Notes under the pieces: generated by a model
The model's input: the letters and a program-made list of their open reading frames with translations, nothing else
Database searches by the model: none
What the model was told of the DNA's origin: nothing
Assembly: GCA_036337435.1 (NCBI GenBank)
Contig: JAYZEG010000063.1
Location: forward strand, 1 to 64,000
Length of the DNA: 64,000 nucleotides
From: Myxococcota bacterium
Lineage (GTDB): Bacteria; Myxococcota_A; Bradymonadia; UBA7976; UBA1532
Direction: 5' to 3'
Made by a program: the position numbers and the translations under genes
In this document: positions 62,058 through 64,000 of the stretch, in pieces
Numbering within the stretch: the first letter of the stretch is position 1
Layout of the letters: each line of letters begins with the position of its first letter

Positions 62058-63536
62058 ATGGAAACCAAGGCTCAATCAAATCAATACGCACAGACGTCAT
62101 CTCGGCTGGGTGTGCGTTCTCGCCTGTTAATCGGCCTTGCCATCATCCTGGTGGGGGCGGGCGGTCTTTCCAGCATAATTCTGATCGGGGCTGCAAGTCA
62201 GGAAGCAGAAGAGCAGCTCTTACGCCAGCATCGGCTGAGATTTGACGCCTTAGTTGAGACCATCAGGCACACTCAACCAGCGGGCTTTAAGCCAAAACTC
62301 GAACGGCGGTCTCGCGCTCATGACATGCATGGCCTTGTCGTGGTCGACCATCGATTTAGACCCATCCACGGTTTTGGCGTAGCGAAGCCGCTCATGCGTG
62401 ACGTTGTTGCGGCTTCTGCGCAGCAATCAAGCGGTGTGAAGTGGAGACGACACCATTCGGCCAGCGGTGCTGGCCAATATCGCTTTGCACAACGGGTCAG
62501 AAACGGCGATGGAGTGAATTTGACCATCATTGCCTCATACAGTTTGGATGCGCTTCAAAGCGGCTTTGATCAGCGTCAGCAGATGACTTTACTCTACCTA
62601 TTCTTTGGTTTGGTGACCGTGCTGATGTTTGGTGCATACCTCAGTGGACGTCTCATCGTAGCCCCGATCAAAAAGCTGACGGATCATGTGTCTAAACCCC
62701 ATCGCGATGCTGAGTGGCCTTATGAGCTCGACACCATCGGAGGGCCAGATGAGATTCAGCAGTTGGCCAGTGCGTTTGGACATTTGATCCGCGAGTTAGA
62801 CCAAAAAAATGAAATCTTGGCCGACAATATGCGGGTGCTCGAACAAACACAGCGCGAACTCCTTCGAGCCGAGAAACTGGCGACACTTGGCCGCCTATCT
62901 GCGGGGGTGGCTCATGAAATCGGCAACCCCCTGGCGTCCATTGTTGGGTTTCTCGACTATTTAAAGTCAGAACCCCAAATCGATGATAACTTGCGCGCCG
63001 ATCTATTGAGGCGCATGGACCGCGAAGTCGAGCGGATTCGATACACTCTGAGGCAACTGCTCGATTTTGGTCGACCAGCACCTGATGAACCCATAAATGT
63101 GGGGATTCGGGATGTCATCGAGCGTACTCTGGCTTTGCTCAATTACCATAGTCAAATGAAGCATGTGGATGTTTCAATCTCTGGCACCGAGCAAAGCGTC
63201 TACATCGATCCTCATCGATTGTCGCAAGTCTTGACTAATCTGTTCTTGAACGCAGCGTCCGCTATCGACGGGCGCGGGTCCATCGATGTCGATATCGATC
63301 GTGAAGCAGATTTCGTAAAAATAACCGTCCGAGATGATGGTCCCGGTGTTGCACTGGAACTCCGTGATTCGCTTTTCGACCCTTTTGTCTCAGACAAGCC
63401 ATCGGGGGTGGGGACTGGCTTAGGTCTGTATGTAGCTCAGCAAATTATCGAGGGGGCTGGAGGTCAGATTTCACTGACAGAGTTGGAGTCGCCTGGAGCC
63501 AGTTTTACAGTGATGTTGCCTTTGGTGACTGGCTGA
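62058..63536 (+). CDS. HAMP-domain sensor histidine kinase (NtrB-like HisKA)
   Basis: Two TM helices, HAMP, H-box GVAHEIGNPL, N-box QVLTNLFLNA, DDGPG, GTGLGL. Confidence 0.92.
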   Translation: METKAQSNQYAQTSSRLGVRSRLLIGLAIILVGAGGLSSIILIGAASQEAEEQLLRQHRLRFDALVETIRHTQPAGFKPKLERRSRAHDMHGLVVVDHRFRPIHGFGVAKPLMRDVVAASAQQSSGVKWRRHHSASGAGQYRFAQRVRNGDGVNLTIIASYSLDALQSGFDQRQQMTLLYLFFGLVTVLMFGAYLSGRLIVAPIKKLTDHVSKPHRDAEWPYELDTIGGPDEIQQLASAFGHLIRELDQKNEILADNMRVLEQTQRELLRAEKLATLGRLSAGVAHEIGNPLASIVGFLDYLKSEPQIDDNLRADLLRRMDREVERIRYTLRQLLDFGRPAPDEPINVGIRDVIERTLALLNYHSQMKHVDVSISGTEQSVYIDPHRLSQVLTNLFLNAASAIDGRGSIDVDIDREADFVKITVRDDGPGVALELRDSLFDPFVSDKPSGVGTGLGLYVAQQIIEGAGGQISLTELESPGASFTVMLPLVTG

Positions 63537-63541
63537 TGAGC

Positions 63542-64000
63542 CTATCCGTAGAGGAGTTGAGCGCATTGATTGGCAAACGACCAAAAAAAGTCATCTCCGA
63601 AAAAAAGAGCCTCCAATGCCGCCAAGGATAGGAAGGGACCGTAGGGAATGACCGTTCTGGACGGGTGTCCTTGGTCTGCGTATTTCTCATCCTCTCCGAA
63701 GTATGCATCTAATTGGTCTGTTGTCGTCGTGAGCGTGTCTTCTGCACCCGTCAGCTTGCTGTACAAGCGAACCAGGAAAACGGCAAGCAACGCTTGTACG
63801 GAGCTTGCAAAAATCACAAATGCGAGGGGTTTCCAGCCCAGGAAAGCACCGATTAAGGCCATCAATTTGGCATCACCCAGCCCGAGTGCCTCTCGCTTGA
63901 AGATCAACCAGCCGAGGCCAAAGATAGCCAGCATGAATCCTGACCCCACCGCGGCCCCTATCAGGGCTGTCTGACCGCTATACATGGGCAGCAAAAAGGC
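63542..64000 (-). CDS. pilD: Prepilin peptidase (A24), C-terminal part (truncated by the window edge)
   Basis: EALGLGDAKLMALIGAFLGW and IPYGPFL. Confidence 0.88.
   Translation of the reverse strand, partial: AFLLPMYSGQTALIGAAVGSGFMLAIFGLGWLIFKREALGLGDAKLMALIGAFLGWKPLAFVIFASSVQALLAVFLVRLYSKLTGAEDTLTTTTDQLDAYFGEDEKYADQGHPSRTVIPYGPFLSLAALEALFFGDDFFWSFANQCAQLLYG

Overview
A gene-dense 64-kb bacterial chromosome segment of roughly balanced GC. Gene content points to a Myxococcota/deltaproteobacterial organism: Agl-Glt-like genes, zinc-ribbon/TPR membrane proteins, a split atp operon and a signal-peptide-bearing c subunit. Housekeeping genes are uvrD/pcrA (partial), mtnA, rplU-rpmA-obgE, pepA, rqcH/NFACT, gyrA, hemL, atpZ-I-B-E and pilD (partial). 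The centrepiece (about 8.2-37.9 kb) is a contiguous Agl-Glt 'core' motor cluster: three TPR proteins, a GltF-like protein, MotA/TolQ plus two ExbD/TolR proteins and a TonB-C GltG-like protein. It runs co-directionally into an outer-membrane beta-barrel plus short OPX export module, followed by a Wzc/Wzy-type polysaccharide locus that includes a phosphoglycosyl-transferase/Wzy_C fusion. Sequence-level oddities: an in-frame TAG at codon 32 of wzc, an ATT start for obgE, a 12-nt repeat after consecutive ribosomal-protein stop codons, Asn in place of the channel Asp in one ExbD subunit, and structured spacers before the motor genes and atpE. No tRNA, rRNA, CRISPR array or mobile element was recognised. 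All family calls come from motif recognition by eye; no database searches were run.
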